A stretch of DNA of 64,000 bases from Owenia fusiformis (taxonomy: Eukaryota): contig CAIIXF020000001.1 of assembly GCA_903813345.2 (NCBI GenBank), positions 21,142,001-21,206,000 on the forward strand, written 5' to 3'. The position numbers and the translations under genes were made by a program. Each line of letters begins with the position of its first letter. Position 1 is the first letter of the stretch. Of this stretch, positions 39,801 to 52,493 are shown one piece after another. The notes under the pieces were generated by a model, which worked only from the letters and a program-made list of their open reading frames with translations, made no database searches and was not told where the DNA came from.

Positions 39801-40803
39801 TGGTCATGTTCAGTCCACTTGAGTTTTGGTGCAAGCAGTCTTTTACTATGGAATATTCTCAGTACAAGTTACATTCTAACATTTGTTTCAGTCACTTAAC
39901 CAATCATTGGCCCATAATTTGCCATGGTCAGTTTTAGGGATGTCTTTTAGTGTTCAATTTAACCAATCAGTGGCTTCAGTGTCTTGGTCCCTCTGTACAA
40001 GCTGCACTTGGGGTCTCAGGGGTATATAAGTAAATGTTCCCCCTCAGGACCTCAGTCTCGCTCCTGGCTCGCTTGGGTAAAGGTCTCCAGCTCTGGTACA
40101 GTCTTTGTGGATATTTGGACTAGGAATCAATTAAGGAGTTCAGTTTATCAATTAGTCGGATATATATTTGTCACCATCTTGGGTATTTACTTAAGTCGCA
40201 GGCACTTGGTTGTTTTGGGGTGAGTTATCAATGCATTATTTACAGGTACAGTACTTTGAACACATGATTTGTTTGACATTATTGTGTGAGATAATTGCAA
40301 GCTATCAGTCCAGGTATTGTACTTAGATTTAATTAGTATTGAGGTTACAGGAGTTGTACTTGTATGCATTTCTTATTGTTATGTAACATGTTCATGTACC
40401 TTATGACTTATAATTAAACAATATAGTAACGTTGATTATTGTTGACCTCAAACCTAAACGTTTTGTTTGACACTTATTATTAAATCAACCCCCACGAAAC
40501 TGCACAAACCCCAACACAACACCTTGGGTCGTTACAATATGTTTGAAGTGCAGCTGTTTATGATTTTGCTTGCTGTGAGATATATGTGTACTGTGTAGCC
40601 TTGTGGGCAAGTACTTCCAACAAGAAACCAATATTGGATACCTTCTTGGCTCTTCTAGGAATCCCAAGCATCACTTTCCCCAACTTCCCACAGTGAATCA
40701 TCAAAATTTTGTATAAATATAAAGCCCCACAGTACATGTAGAATATACATGTATATTACAAGAGGAACCAGTCAGTAAAAAATAAAGTATTCTTTAAACT
40801 AAG

Positions 40804-41961
40804 ATGAATTTCACCATTCATGACAACAGAACTGTTTTACCATACAAAGTTAACTCTGAAAGTGCTGAAGGTATGTAAATATATTGTCATAAAGCTGTCA
40901 AAGCCATTGGTTTTTATTATGAGACATTTACATTTATTTTAATATATAGTATAATGTAGATGCCTTCACTCATTAAATCAGGCATAGAATTTATGATATT
41001 GTGTTGCATTCTCGTGAAAAAAGCACAATGAGAGAATTTTTGTAAAAATGGCTGGAAATTCAAATATTTAAAAAAGATTTTTTTTTAAAAATGGTCAAAG
41101 CAAACTTTTGAGGTATTCCACAGACCTCTTTAAAGAAGATGTATGGGATTATTGATAAATGGAATGGACTTAAAAGTAGTTGGAATAAAATGTAACAAGA
41201 CATTAACATGCAAAATGTCACCACCTGCCATTTGTTACAGATACTGAACTCCAGATGCCGAATGTCAAACACTGTCCACAAAAAGATGGAGACAGCAACT
41301 GAACAATATATGTTACTATTTGTGGTGGTGACATAACAATATTAAGCCTGTTAAGGATGAAACGATATTTGATATAAAAAATGATTTTAAAATATTACAA
41401 TTTTAATGTTTTTTTTAGGTTTTTGGTTCTGTGGTGTTATTTTATCATATATTGGGAATGTTGAACATCCTGGACATTTGCCATTTCCTGTAAAATGCAA
41501 ATGGTATTCCCCATGGATTAATCAGAGTATACTCTGGAAACAGATACTACTTCCTAGGTTGAGTTGACCTTATAGTAAACAAATGAGAAAAAGAACAAAA
41601 ATATTGGAAATGGAGTACTTTATTTACCTTTACAATGAATGCATAAATAAGACAATTCAAAAATACTTTGCTTGCTTCCAGTCGCTGCAATAGTTGGAAT
41701 ATTGGTTGTACTGGTATTACTGTTAATCCTAGTGACATGCATAACTTGCAGAGAAATGCGAAACAATAGTAAGCAATTGACCATACCCGATAGCTGTTAC
41801 ATTGGAGGAAGTGAGTATACGCTTATGTTGTTTATGATTCAAGTTTTTGTTATTAATCAAAACAGCACTTGTAGCTATGAACATTTGAGTGAAATAGGCA
41901 AACAGTTTTGTTTCTACCAAAACTAAATATTTCTTTCTCAGTTAATGAGAAATTAGATTGA
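40804..41961 (+). CDS. Candidate small single-pass membrane protein (71 aa), or the 3' end of a longer gene
   Basis: Exons 40804-40870, 41682-41810 and 41942-41961 have canonical GT/AG ends and matching phase 1/1: MNFTIHDNRTVLPYKVNSESAEVAAIVGILVVLVLLLILVTCITCREMRNNSKQLTIPDSCYIGGINEKLD*. Confidence 0.55.
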
Positions 41962-42569
41962 TGAACATACATATGAGTTCTCCCACTAAAAGGTAGCATC
42001 AGATCTAGCAAGCAACCTTAACAAAAAATGTTTCATTTGAAGAGTTTTTTGCTGATTTCCTTCAGTGTCATGTATTTTATCAAATATCAAAAACACCCAA
42101 AGTGCATACTTTAGTTGAGGAAAACCAGTTTTAATGTGGTCATCACATTTATTACATTTTATTGTATTTTTCCCTATTATTACACTTAAATAAAAAATAA
42201 ATAAATAACTTCACCAATTGATATAACATATCAAATGGATCTTTTGGAAGATATCATACCTGAGATCATAAGGAATATATTGGTAGGTCAATTGTGTACA
42301 TTGCTTGCAATTTCGTCACCACCTGTAGATCTGATTCGTCCTTTAAAATAATATTTTTCATGTTACAGATGTAAGAGCTTATACAAAAGTCACAATTCCT
42401 GAAGAGGCAAACATACACAGTGGAAACATGGAAAAAGCAGTTGTTACATAAAACAAATGTGTCCAAATGACAAAAGGAAGTGTAAATGGAGACATATAAG
42501 AATGTTTTCAATTTGAATTGAAACTCAAGCACTGTAACTGGACATGCAACTGACTACCAGAGCAGTGAA

Positions 42570-45500
42570 CACTGGTCAGTATCAAGCAAAGGTAACGGCC
42601 GCCACCTTCGCATTAAAGATGGCGGACGGGAAGTGTCGGTTTTGATATTTTTAGTTTTCATGGAATTTAACTACTTTATAGTTGACGCAATGCTTTGATA
42701 TTTGAACCAAATCAGACTTATATGACATGGGAACTATGGAATATGATAATTTGTTCATATATCATGCGTGGGGGCCACAGTTGAAGGATATCTTCCACCG
42801 CTTAACCTAAGGGAATGTAACTGGAAATGTAAGATATGGTCATGTTAGTTTTCAATACACGGTAACAAGACATCTTAGCTCTCCATTATAAACTCTCATA
42901 ACGTTACTGCATCTCTCTTATTAGTATAGTAGGAACAAGGGGTTCCCATGCACCCATAAGGTGTGAATAAGTTACATACATTTTTGTAATCCCTAGGGTG
43001 TCTATTTAATGAATTCATTTGTTAACATTGCCAACTAATGTCCCATAGTACTTTTATGGCGGCATTCAGTTACCATGGTTACGCATCTTTAGACATCTTA
43101 CCTTGGTATCTTAAATCATTTGTAGCTCTGTCATTATTTGGTCTATAGAAATGATATTGGTACCAAATTAAACCTCATTAAATTTCCAATAAATTTCTGT
43201 TATTCAATTATGCAAATTATCTAATTTGCATAAATTATGACGTCATCAATCTATTTTTGGTTCAGAATTTCCAACTATAGCAACGTATCTATTAGAACTG
43301 AGGCCGTATGGCAAAATTTTTGAAAGGTTTTGTCCTTTATTCTATTAGTATAAGGTATAAGCAACATAAAAGTGAAAACAGATTCAAAATTGAATCAGTA
43401 TTACGAAAGTTATGTAACTTTCAAGGCAATAATATACATACGTCTTACCTTGGAGTCTTGAATCAATGTAGCTTCGCCATTATTTGGTCTATATAGATGA
43501 TTGGTATCTGATTAAACCTTATTAAATTTACTATATGGTTACAATATTCATTTATGCAAATTAGCTAATTTGCATTAATTGTGACGTCATCAATCCATTT
43601 TTGGTTCAGAATATCCTAGTATAGCAACATATCTATTAGAACTGAGGCCGTATGACAGAATGTGTTTCATAGTTTTGTCCCTTATTTGATGAGTGGAAGA
43701 TATAAGCAACATTAAAGAGACAACAAATCTTCAAAATTGGATCAGAATTAACAAAATTATCCAGCTTTGGAGGCAGCTACTGTGAACGTCATTGTTTGAC
43801 AATTATAAAAAGAATATTAAATTAACAAAAAAAATAACAACCATAGTTGTTTCAATCTTATTGAGTAAAAATGTGCATGTATTTGAACTAAACTAATAAG
43901 TATGTGGAAAGGTTACATGTATTTTGACTATCATTCACAGGGGTCAAAACGGTTATCTCGACCCTGTATATTAAAGATCCAATCTTATAATTTACCATGC
44001 ACTTTCAATGATTCATATAAATAGTATACATATAGTCTGATTTTCATCATATTCTTCATATTCTTGATTCTTAAAGTATCTGAAGTATAAAGCATGATTA
44101 GAAGTGAAGATGATTCATCATATGGTTTATGTAATATTTCTAACATTTCAGATGCTATGGTAACATCACTTGATAATGAGGTTTTTACATTTCACGTTCT
44201 TAATGAGTTAAAAGAAAGTTATTCTCCCTTTGCTTTAGAGATAAATAGTCACATGAATTTGTTTAAAATATTATAACTTAATTTAACCCCCTCCTGACAG
44301 CCCCCATATTTGTAGATTTTGGTGAAACCTGGCAAAATACATTAATTATTAGGTTCCAGAAGCCCCCAAAAGCTATATGATGGCCCCCAGTGGCCCCAAG
44401 AATCTATACAGGGGCCCCAAGTGGCCCCCAGAAGGTATACGATGGCCCCCAGAAGCTATACAAGGGCCCACAGAAACTATACTGTGGTCTCCAGAAGCTA
44501 TATGGTGGCCCTCAGAAGCTATATGATGGCCCCCAGAAGCTAATTAGTGGCCCCCAGGAGCTATACGGTGGCACCCAGAAGCTATACAGGGAACCCCAGT
44601 GGCCCCAAGAAGCTATACGATGGCCCCCAGAAGCTATACAGCAGCCCCCAGAAGCTACACAATGGCCCCCAGAATCTATATGATGGCCCCCAATGGCTCG
44701 CAGAAGCTATACAGGGCCCCCAGTAGCCCCTAGAACTAAACGATGGCCCCCAAAGCTATATGGTGGCCCATTGGGGGACACTGTATAGCTTCTGGAGGCC
44801 ATCGTATAGCTTATGGGGGCTACCATATAGTTTCTGCGGGCCCTTGCATAACTTCTGGGGGCCATCGTATAGCTTCTGGGAGCCACTGGGGGCCCCTGTA
44901 TAGCTTCTGGGGGCTACAGTACAGTTTCTGCAGGCCCTTGCATAGCTTCTGGGGGCCATCGTATAGCTTCTGGGAGCTACTGTGGGCCCCTGTTTAGCTT
45001 CTGGGGGCCACTATATAGCTTTCGGGGCCACTGGGGGCCACCGTATAGCTTCTAGGGGCTACTGGGGGGGCCCTTTATAGCTTCTGGGAGCCATTGGGGG
45101 CCACCATATCGATTCTGGGGGCCATTGTGTAGCTTCTGGGAACCACCATATAGCTCCTGAGGGTCACTATTTAGCTTCTTGGGGCCATCATATAGCCTAT
45201 GAGGGCCACCGTATAGCTTCTAGGGGCTACTGGGGGCCCTTCACATCTTCTGGGAGCCATTGGGGCCATCCTGTAGCTTTTTGGGGCTCCTGTATAGCTT
45301 CTGGGGGCCATCGTTTAGCTTCTTGGGGCCACTGGGGTCCCCTGTATAGCTTCTGGGAGCCACCGTATAGCTCCTGGGGGCCACTGATTAGCTTCTGGAG
45401 GCCATCATATAGCTTCCCAGGGCCACTGGGGGCCACCATATAGCTTCTGGAGACCATAGTATAGTTTCTGGGGGCCCTTGTATAGCTTCTGGGGGCCATA

Positions 45501-47475
45501 GTATAGCTTCTGGGGGCCCCCGTATGGCTTCTGGGGGCCACCGTATAGCTTTTTAAGGCCACTGGGGGCCCCTGTATAGCTTCTGGGCGCCACCGTATAG
45601 CTCCTGGGGGCCACAGGGTTTCCTGTATAGCTTATGGGAGCCACCGTATAGCTCCTGGGGGCCACTATTCAGCTTCTGGGGCCAACATATAGCTTCTTGG
45701 GAGCACAGTGTAGCTTCTGGGGGCAACTTGGGGCCCCTGTATAGATTCTTGGGGCCACTGGGGGCCATCATATAGCTTCTGGGGGCTTCTGGAACCTAAT
45801 AATTAATGTATTTTGCCAGGTTTCACCAAAATCTTCAAATATGGGGGCTGTCAGGGGGGGGGGGTTAAATTAATTAAGTTATAATTTTTCTAAACAAATT
45901 CATGCGACTATTTATCTCTAAAGCAAAGGGAGAATAACTTTCTTTTAACTCATTAAGAACGTGAAATGTAAAAACCTCATTATCAAGTGATGTTACCATA
46001 GCATCTGAAATGTTAGAAATATTACATAAACCATATGATGAATCATCTTCACTTCTAATCATGCTTTATACTTCAGATACTTTAAGAATCAAGAATATGA
46101 AGAATATGATGAAAATCAGACTATATGTATACTATTTATATGAATCATTGAAAGTGCATGGTAAATTATAAAATTGGATCTTTAATATACAGGATCGAGA
46201 TAACCGTTTTAACCCCTGTGAATGATAGTCAAAATACATGTAACCTTTCCACATACTTATTAGTTCAGTTCAATACATGCACATTTTTACTCAATAAGAT
46301 TGAAACAACTATGGTTGTTACTTTTTTTGTTAATTTAATATTCTTTTTATAATTGTCAAACAATGATGTTCACAGTAGCTGCCTTCAAAGCTGGATAATT
46401 TTGTTAATTCTGATCCAATTTTGAAGATTTGTTGTCTCTTTAATGTTGCTTATATCTTCCACTCATCAAATAAGGGACAAAACTATGCACACATTCTGTC
46501 ATACGGCCTCAGTTCTAATAGATATGTTGCTATACTACGATATTCTGAACAAAAAATGGATTGATGACGTCACAATTAATGCAAATTAGCTAATTTGCAT
46601 AAATGAATATTGTAACCATATAGTAAATTTACTCCAAGGTAAGACGTATGTATATTATTGTCAAATAATGACATTCACGATAGCTGCCTTGAAAGTTACA
46701 TAACTTTCGTAATACTGATTCAATTTTGAATCTGTTTTCACTTTTATGTTGCTTATACCTTATACTAATAGAATAAAGGACAAAACCTTTCAAAGATTTT
46801 GCCATACGGCCTCAGTTCTAATAGATACGTTGCTATAGTTGGAAATTCTGAACCAAAAATAGATTGATGACGTCATAATTTATGCAAATTAGATAATTTG
46901 CATAATTGAATAACAGAAATTTATTGGAAATTTAACGAGGTTTAATTTGGTACCAATATCATTTCTATAGACCAAATAATAACAGAGCTACAAATGATTT
47001 AAGATACCAAGGTAAGATGTCTAAAGATGCGTAACCATGGTAACTGAATGCCGCCATAAAAGTACTATGGGACATTAGTTGGCAATGTTAACAAATGAAT
47101 TCATTAAATAGACACCCTAGGGATTACAAAAATGTATGTAACTTATTCACACCTTATGGGTGCATGGGAACCCCTTGTTCCTACTATACTATATCAGTTA
47201 TCTCATCATCTGTAAAACCAAAATCCCAGTTACCTTCCCTTAAGCAGTTGAAGGTATCCTTGAACTGTGGCGCCTACGAATTGTATATGGAGAAATGATC
47301 ATACCCCAGAGTTTCCATGTCATATGAGTCGGGTTTAGTTCAAATATCAAAGCATTACGTCAACTATAAAGTAGTTTAATTCGATGAAAACTAAAAATAT
47401 CGAAATCGCCACTCCCCGTCCGCCATCTTTGATGCGAATGTGACGGTCGTTACCTTCGCTTGATACTGATCAGTG
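42570..47475. mobile_element. 4.9-kb palindromic (foldback) CACT-ended element, EnSpm/CMC-like
   Basis: CACTG..CAGTG termini, AA on both sides; arms mirror each other (ORFs 44094-44276 + and 45874-46062 -); central minisatellite changes strand at about 44770. Confidence 0.85.
44355..45790. repeat. 21-bp GC-rich minisatellite (GGCCCCCAGAAGCTATATGAT-like) in two opposite orientations
   Basis: Direct reading; it produces the GPQKLY-type pseudo-ORFs in several frames. Confidence 0.9.
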
Positions 47476-48716
47476 AATGAATAGTATTGGCTGTATATAC
47501 TTTAATAGTCTGACTGTCTCAAGTCTAGAGAGAGCTTTCACCGATATACAGGGTTGCCGATCCCAAAAAATCACAGACTTTTCCCAAGTTCATGTATTTT
47601 TTACCAAATGAGCTGTTCTTTTACTTTTCTTAGAATTCTATATAAAATACCATTGCCATTTTCTTGTCATTTTAGAGAAAATTATGAAATGCTCGATTTT
47701 TCAAATCAAAGTTTGATGTTCCTTGACTTCCCTGGCATAGCCACCCTGTTAGAACATAAAACTTCCAGGAATCAGTAACCTGATTACATATATCTACCTG
47801 TATATAAGTGATCACTCTGTGTAATGAACTCTTGTATTTTGTATATGTCACTGTCAAACTTGCCATTCACGATTACTCAAACCCTAGTCACATGACTTGA
47901 AAGATACATTCACGGGTCATTCTGGTTTAGTGGAATATTACTTGAAAGCTCCACTTTCCATCCAGAATAAAATAATTTTATAGAGTAAAAAAATATTTAT
48001 TTTTCTAGTCAATTTAGGCAAACCTTGATAACCACAATCAAGCATTATAAATATGTATGTAAATATGTTATACGTCTTATTTATTGTTATATATAGTTTC
48101 TTGCAGTGCTCATAGACCCACAGTAACTACCAAGTTATCTTATTGCTACACATTCTGCTACATATTAGAATTTTTCCACAAATTTACCATTTTAGTAAAT
48201 TATTAACAAAAATTTACTTATTATGTATTTTTTGTAAATTGAACACAATTGTATTTCAAATCATTACAACAAGAACTGAACATTGGTAGCCTACATTATA
48301 TGAATGAAGAAGAGTAAACTGGTACACCTGTACGTGATTATGGACAAGAAAATCACATCCATAAATGACAACCAGCCTCGGTGGGCATCAATGCCCATAG
48401 TTCTTTGAGAGTGCTTTCAAATAAACTGCCAATGCATAATAAATGCCCAGTGTGTGTATTAGTGAGAAACTTAAATATGTACATGTATATTACTTAAATT
48501 ATTTACTTATTTGTTAATCTTAGGCCTATATTTGTATATTTTCAAATGACAAACAGTTAACTGAAGAAATAAACTGAAACCGGTAGTGACTGTAAAACTT
48601 CTTCTGTTAAACATACTTTTTAATGAAGAAAGGAATTGATTCATGTGTGACTGCTAAATGGAGCCAGTGGCAATACTCAATGAAGGCACTGAACCACATG
48701 GCTAGTTATAATCCAT

Positions 48717-51700
48717 TCATCCAAAGAACTTAAATCCTGCAGGACGATATGCCTTTTTCTTAGGTTTATATCTTCGTTCATCATCAGGCATTCCAAAGTA
48801 ATATCTCCTGTTTATGTCTTCATTGTTAATGGCATTAAACCGTGTGGGTCTAGTGTAAACTGTAGTTTCCTTGAATTCCCCTCCCTCCTCATTTAGCTCA
48901 TTATAATAGTCATCTATAGGCACTGACTTTTCTGCTGTAGGTACAACACCCTTTAGAATACTTATCTCCTGGAGTTCTACCACATCTTCAATGTTGTTAT
49001 TGTCTGTTGACTCTTTGGTTGGCGTAGTAGTACCAGTGATATCCATTGATACAGTGTTTTTATCCTCCGTAGTCAAAGCAGTACTCTTTTTGAGCAGTGA
49101 CTTAATAGCTTTTGCAAACTGTCTATTTTTAGTTGTAGTGCTGTCAGTCTCAATTTTGACAGTGTCTTTGGTTGTAACAATTGTCGTATCTGGTATATCT
49201 GTGGCAGTTAAAGTTGTAGGTGCCATCACAAAGTACTCTTCTGCAGCCGCAGGTATGAATGGCTTCATTGTTTGTTTTGTGGTTGTCATGGTGACACTGT
49301 TTGTTGGCTTTGATGTTGTTGTCATGTGAACAAAGTTTTCAGTGGCTGCTTCTACAGCTGGAAAGAAATATCAAGAGAATAATTGGTCTGATAGAAGGCA
49401 TCTATTTTGCATGTTTTGTGAAACATACTGCCAATACATGATTTGTATAAACAATTACATTATTTGATATATAAAGATAACTAAAGAAGAAAATATATTT
49501 CTCTGAAAAATCTCAAGTACATTATACATGAGGATCAGTTCTCTCATTTGAATACCACATTTCCTAATATCAAACAGGTGAAAATATTCACTCTTTCAAA
49601 AGATATCTGTGAAGGAACAAACTAAGTGTGAAAGTCAATAAAATTATATTTACTGCAAAGAGCAGAGGCCTCATCTTTTCCATTGTCACAATCTGCATAG
49701 CCATCACATGTCATACATTGTTTAGGGCTACATGGGAAATAAAGGTCATTAGACCCACTACATGGTGAGGTGTTGCCTTCCAAAGCATCATCTGCAAAAA
49801 CATGCATATGATTATAATATCTATGATTCACTGATGGGTTTGTGGTTACAATACAAACTGACATCACACAATTCAATCAATTCTCAATACCCTACTTTTT
49901 AACAGCTCTGTTTCAGTGTCTTGTTTCAAAAGTAAATGTCACCACCTGCCTTTTGTTACAGACAGCAATGGCCAGGCGCTGACTGATCCTGCCGAACACC
50001 ATCCACAAAAAAAAAGTGATATTAAAAAAATGGAATATTCAAAAGTGTCTTTTTAACAGAATTCGAAGATTCAAGATTCCAGATTTCTAATCCAAAAGAA
50101 ATCTCGTCTAATTCTAATAAAAAGGATGAATGGATGGATGGATGAAAGCACGGACAGACAGAAAGATTTATGGGGGAGCAATTCCATAGGCTAACATTGT
50201 AAGACATGACCTTACCTTTTGGTGCTTTTTTACATGTGTGTTTATCTGAAGTAAGGGTCTGGCCTTGGGGGCAAATGCAGAGATACTGTTGACTTCCAAG
50301 GCTCCAGATGCATTGGAAAGCACAGCCACCATTATTCTTCTTACATTCATTTTGAATATCTACAATAATAAGTAAGTATGTCATACATATTCTTCCCAAT
50401 TGAAAGGTTGACACTGAACGTTAGAATATGTACATGTATTTCCAAAATAAAAAAAAGTCTACTTACACTGAAAGTCTAGATTCTTTTGTTGTATCCTAAA
50501 TGGACCTAGCATTCCCTCAGTCTTTTTGAGATAGTGCTCTATCACAAAGGTAGGTTTACTAAGTAAGTGACCCTCATCTTTTGGCTTAGTGAAAAAGAGT
50601 GTATAGTCCACTACTATACTTCCTTCAGTGAAGTCTGTCACCAATACCTTCTTAAAGCTCTCAATATCTTTAAATGCAGCAGTCAGCTGGAAATTAGCAA
50701 ACCATAATATGAGATAACATCAAGATTCACAAACTTCCATGGCAGTGTCTCGGGATAGATACTGCAGCAGGAAAATTGAAAAACATCCAATATAGAGTGA
50801 AAATAGTCCGCTTTTTCACCACAGACATGTTTAATTAAATTACGACACAGTATATGTATTCTATTACTTTGCTCATAGCTATCAATCATTATCTTGTCAG
50901 AATATTTCAATATTTCAAAAATCATGAAACATTAGAAGAAATCTCACAGAAGAAACATATGTTGTTATCTTCAGTCAAATAGATTAATATTAATGAGATG
51001 TCCACTCACTAGAAGCTGCATCTTTGCCTTGAGAGCCCTGTAGATGGTGGAGTTTGAATTACCCAACTGAGCAGTGTATTGATGGCTTATAATATGGACT
51101 CTACCTTTCACTGCATTGTACACTGAAATAAAACAAATAAACACACATTCATTTTTTACAAGAAATTATCAGATTACATGGGTTTTCATATACATGTACA
51201 TGTTTTTTTAATGACATATGCTAGAGAAACAGCAACTCCCAAGAGAAGCATATATCACTGAACAAAATATATTTCATCAATATCTTAGTGGAATCTACAT
51301 TAATAATGTGACATGAAACCGGATAATAAAGAGCGAGGGAAAGTATCGCAACAGATTTTTGACAGTAAATAATTTTTTTCTAGTAGTTTCTGGCTGTACA
51401 AAAATGAATGCATATGAAAGGCCAATGTATAATCTTTAAGAAAAATTCAAAGAATGGTTTCAAGATCAATTGGATTATCTCATAAGCCATGTTTAATCCA
51501 CCCATCAACAAGCTTTTTTTCAAAATACAATCGTCATTTTCACCATCGTCCCTCATTTTTTTTTACAATTTTCATGCAAAGTTACATTGTACTTGAACAA
51601 ATGTTTCATCACTTAAAATATATAAGGAACTCCTCGTGGATTAGGATTATGATAATCCAATATAAGGGGATCCAATGGGGCTATGCTTTTAGTACAGCAC

Positions 51701-52110
51701 ACTCATATAAGATGTCATTAGTGTGCCATAAAGTTAGTTCAAAATGTTTTCATAAATGAATGGTTGGACTTGTTTGATCCCCTGCTGTTTGATCCCCTGT
51801 TTAATCAATGGAGCATAACCGCAGCATTTCCCAAAAAATTCTGAATACCTGTCAAGTTGACTGTTTAATGTTTGAGTGCAGTTAAACCTGTGTGTGTGTG
51901 TAAGTTGCTAAGAAATTCTAAATACCTCTCTTTATGATAATTTCTATGATGCCTTATTATTGCATTTACTTCGAACAGGTTTTCTGTATCTTGTTTATCA
52001 GTAATGATTCACGAGGTACAGTGCTATTAAAATCATAAATACAGTACAAGAATTTAGTACATCATACCTTTGCCAATAATTTCAGTAAGACAAATATTTT
52101 GATCCAGCTT
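48717..52110 (-). CDS. Extracellular SEA - EGF - LDLa - Thr-rich mucin-like protein (3' exons; N-terminus not identified)
   Basis: Phase-consistent exons: 52068-52110; 51010-51122 and 50467-50686 (SEA, with FTEGSIVVDY); 50216-50359 (EGF: NECKKNNGGCAFQC..CICPQG..DKHTC); 49654-49791 (LDLa: CDGYADCDNGKDE); 48717-49357 (Thr-rich region and stop). Confidence 0.85.
51330..51610. repeat. Dispersed repeat; inverted copy at about 62390-62675
   Basis: GGGAAAGTATCGCAACAGA..CATTTTCACCATCGTCCCTCATTTTTT matches the reverse complement of 62390-62675. Confidence 0.7.
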
Positions 52111-52319
52111 CTGAAAAAACATTGAACATGTTTCTATATGATGATGTGTTATAACACACTTCCTTATTTGAGTTTATCTCCAGATTGATTATTCAAATAA
52201 TGAAATGAAGGATGATATGCTAAGAATAATTTTTGCATATTCATCAATTCAAGAAATGTTATCCTAAGAAAATGTTATGAGTAACATACACTCTTACCTT
52301 AATGTTAACATTAGGTAGA

Positions 52320-52430
52320 TTAAGCTTGCATATAAAATCGAAACGCCAACCTATGACCAATCGCCCATACAAATGCATCGCTAAATATTTTCCATTCACA
52401 TTTAGGTTGTGAAAAACATTGCAAGCTTAA
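52320..52430. mobile_element. About 110-bp TTAA-flanked mini-element, copy 2
   Basis: TTAAGCTTGCA..TGCAAGCTTAA; matches 36638-36755. Confidence 0.75.
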
Positions 52431-52493
52431 AGTCCCTATTGAGAGTCTCTGAAAACCACAATCAAAACCATTGAGTGTGTGGTGTATACTACC

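Larger units (their letters stand above)
32009..40536 (+). mobile_element. Non-autonomous LTR retrotransposon (Gypsy-like cis signals), 8.5 kb
   Basis: LTRs 32009-32958 and 39587-40536 (950 bp, TG..CA, no difference seen by eye); TSD ATAT; PBS TGGCGCAGTCGGCAGGAT at 32964-32981; G-rich PPT at 39574-39586; no gag/pol ORF. Confidence 0.93.

Noticed and set aside
44390-45771. Repetitive GPQKLY / APRSY ORFs resembling structural or adhesive proteins
   Set aside because: Translations of a 21-bp minisatellite, open in several frames on both strands, inside a foldback element
47549-47748. CAGGGT..ACCCTG-ended MITE
   Set aside because: Very short TIR and no TSD found
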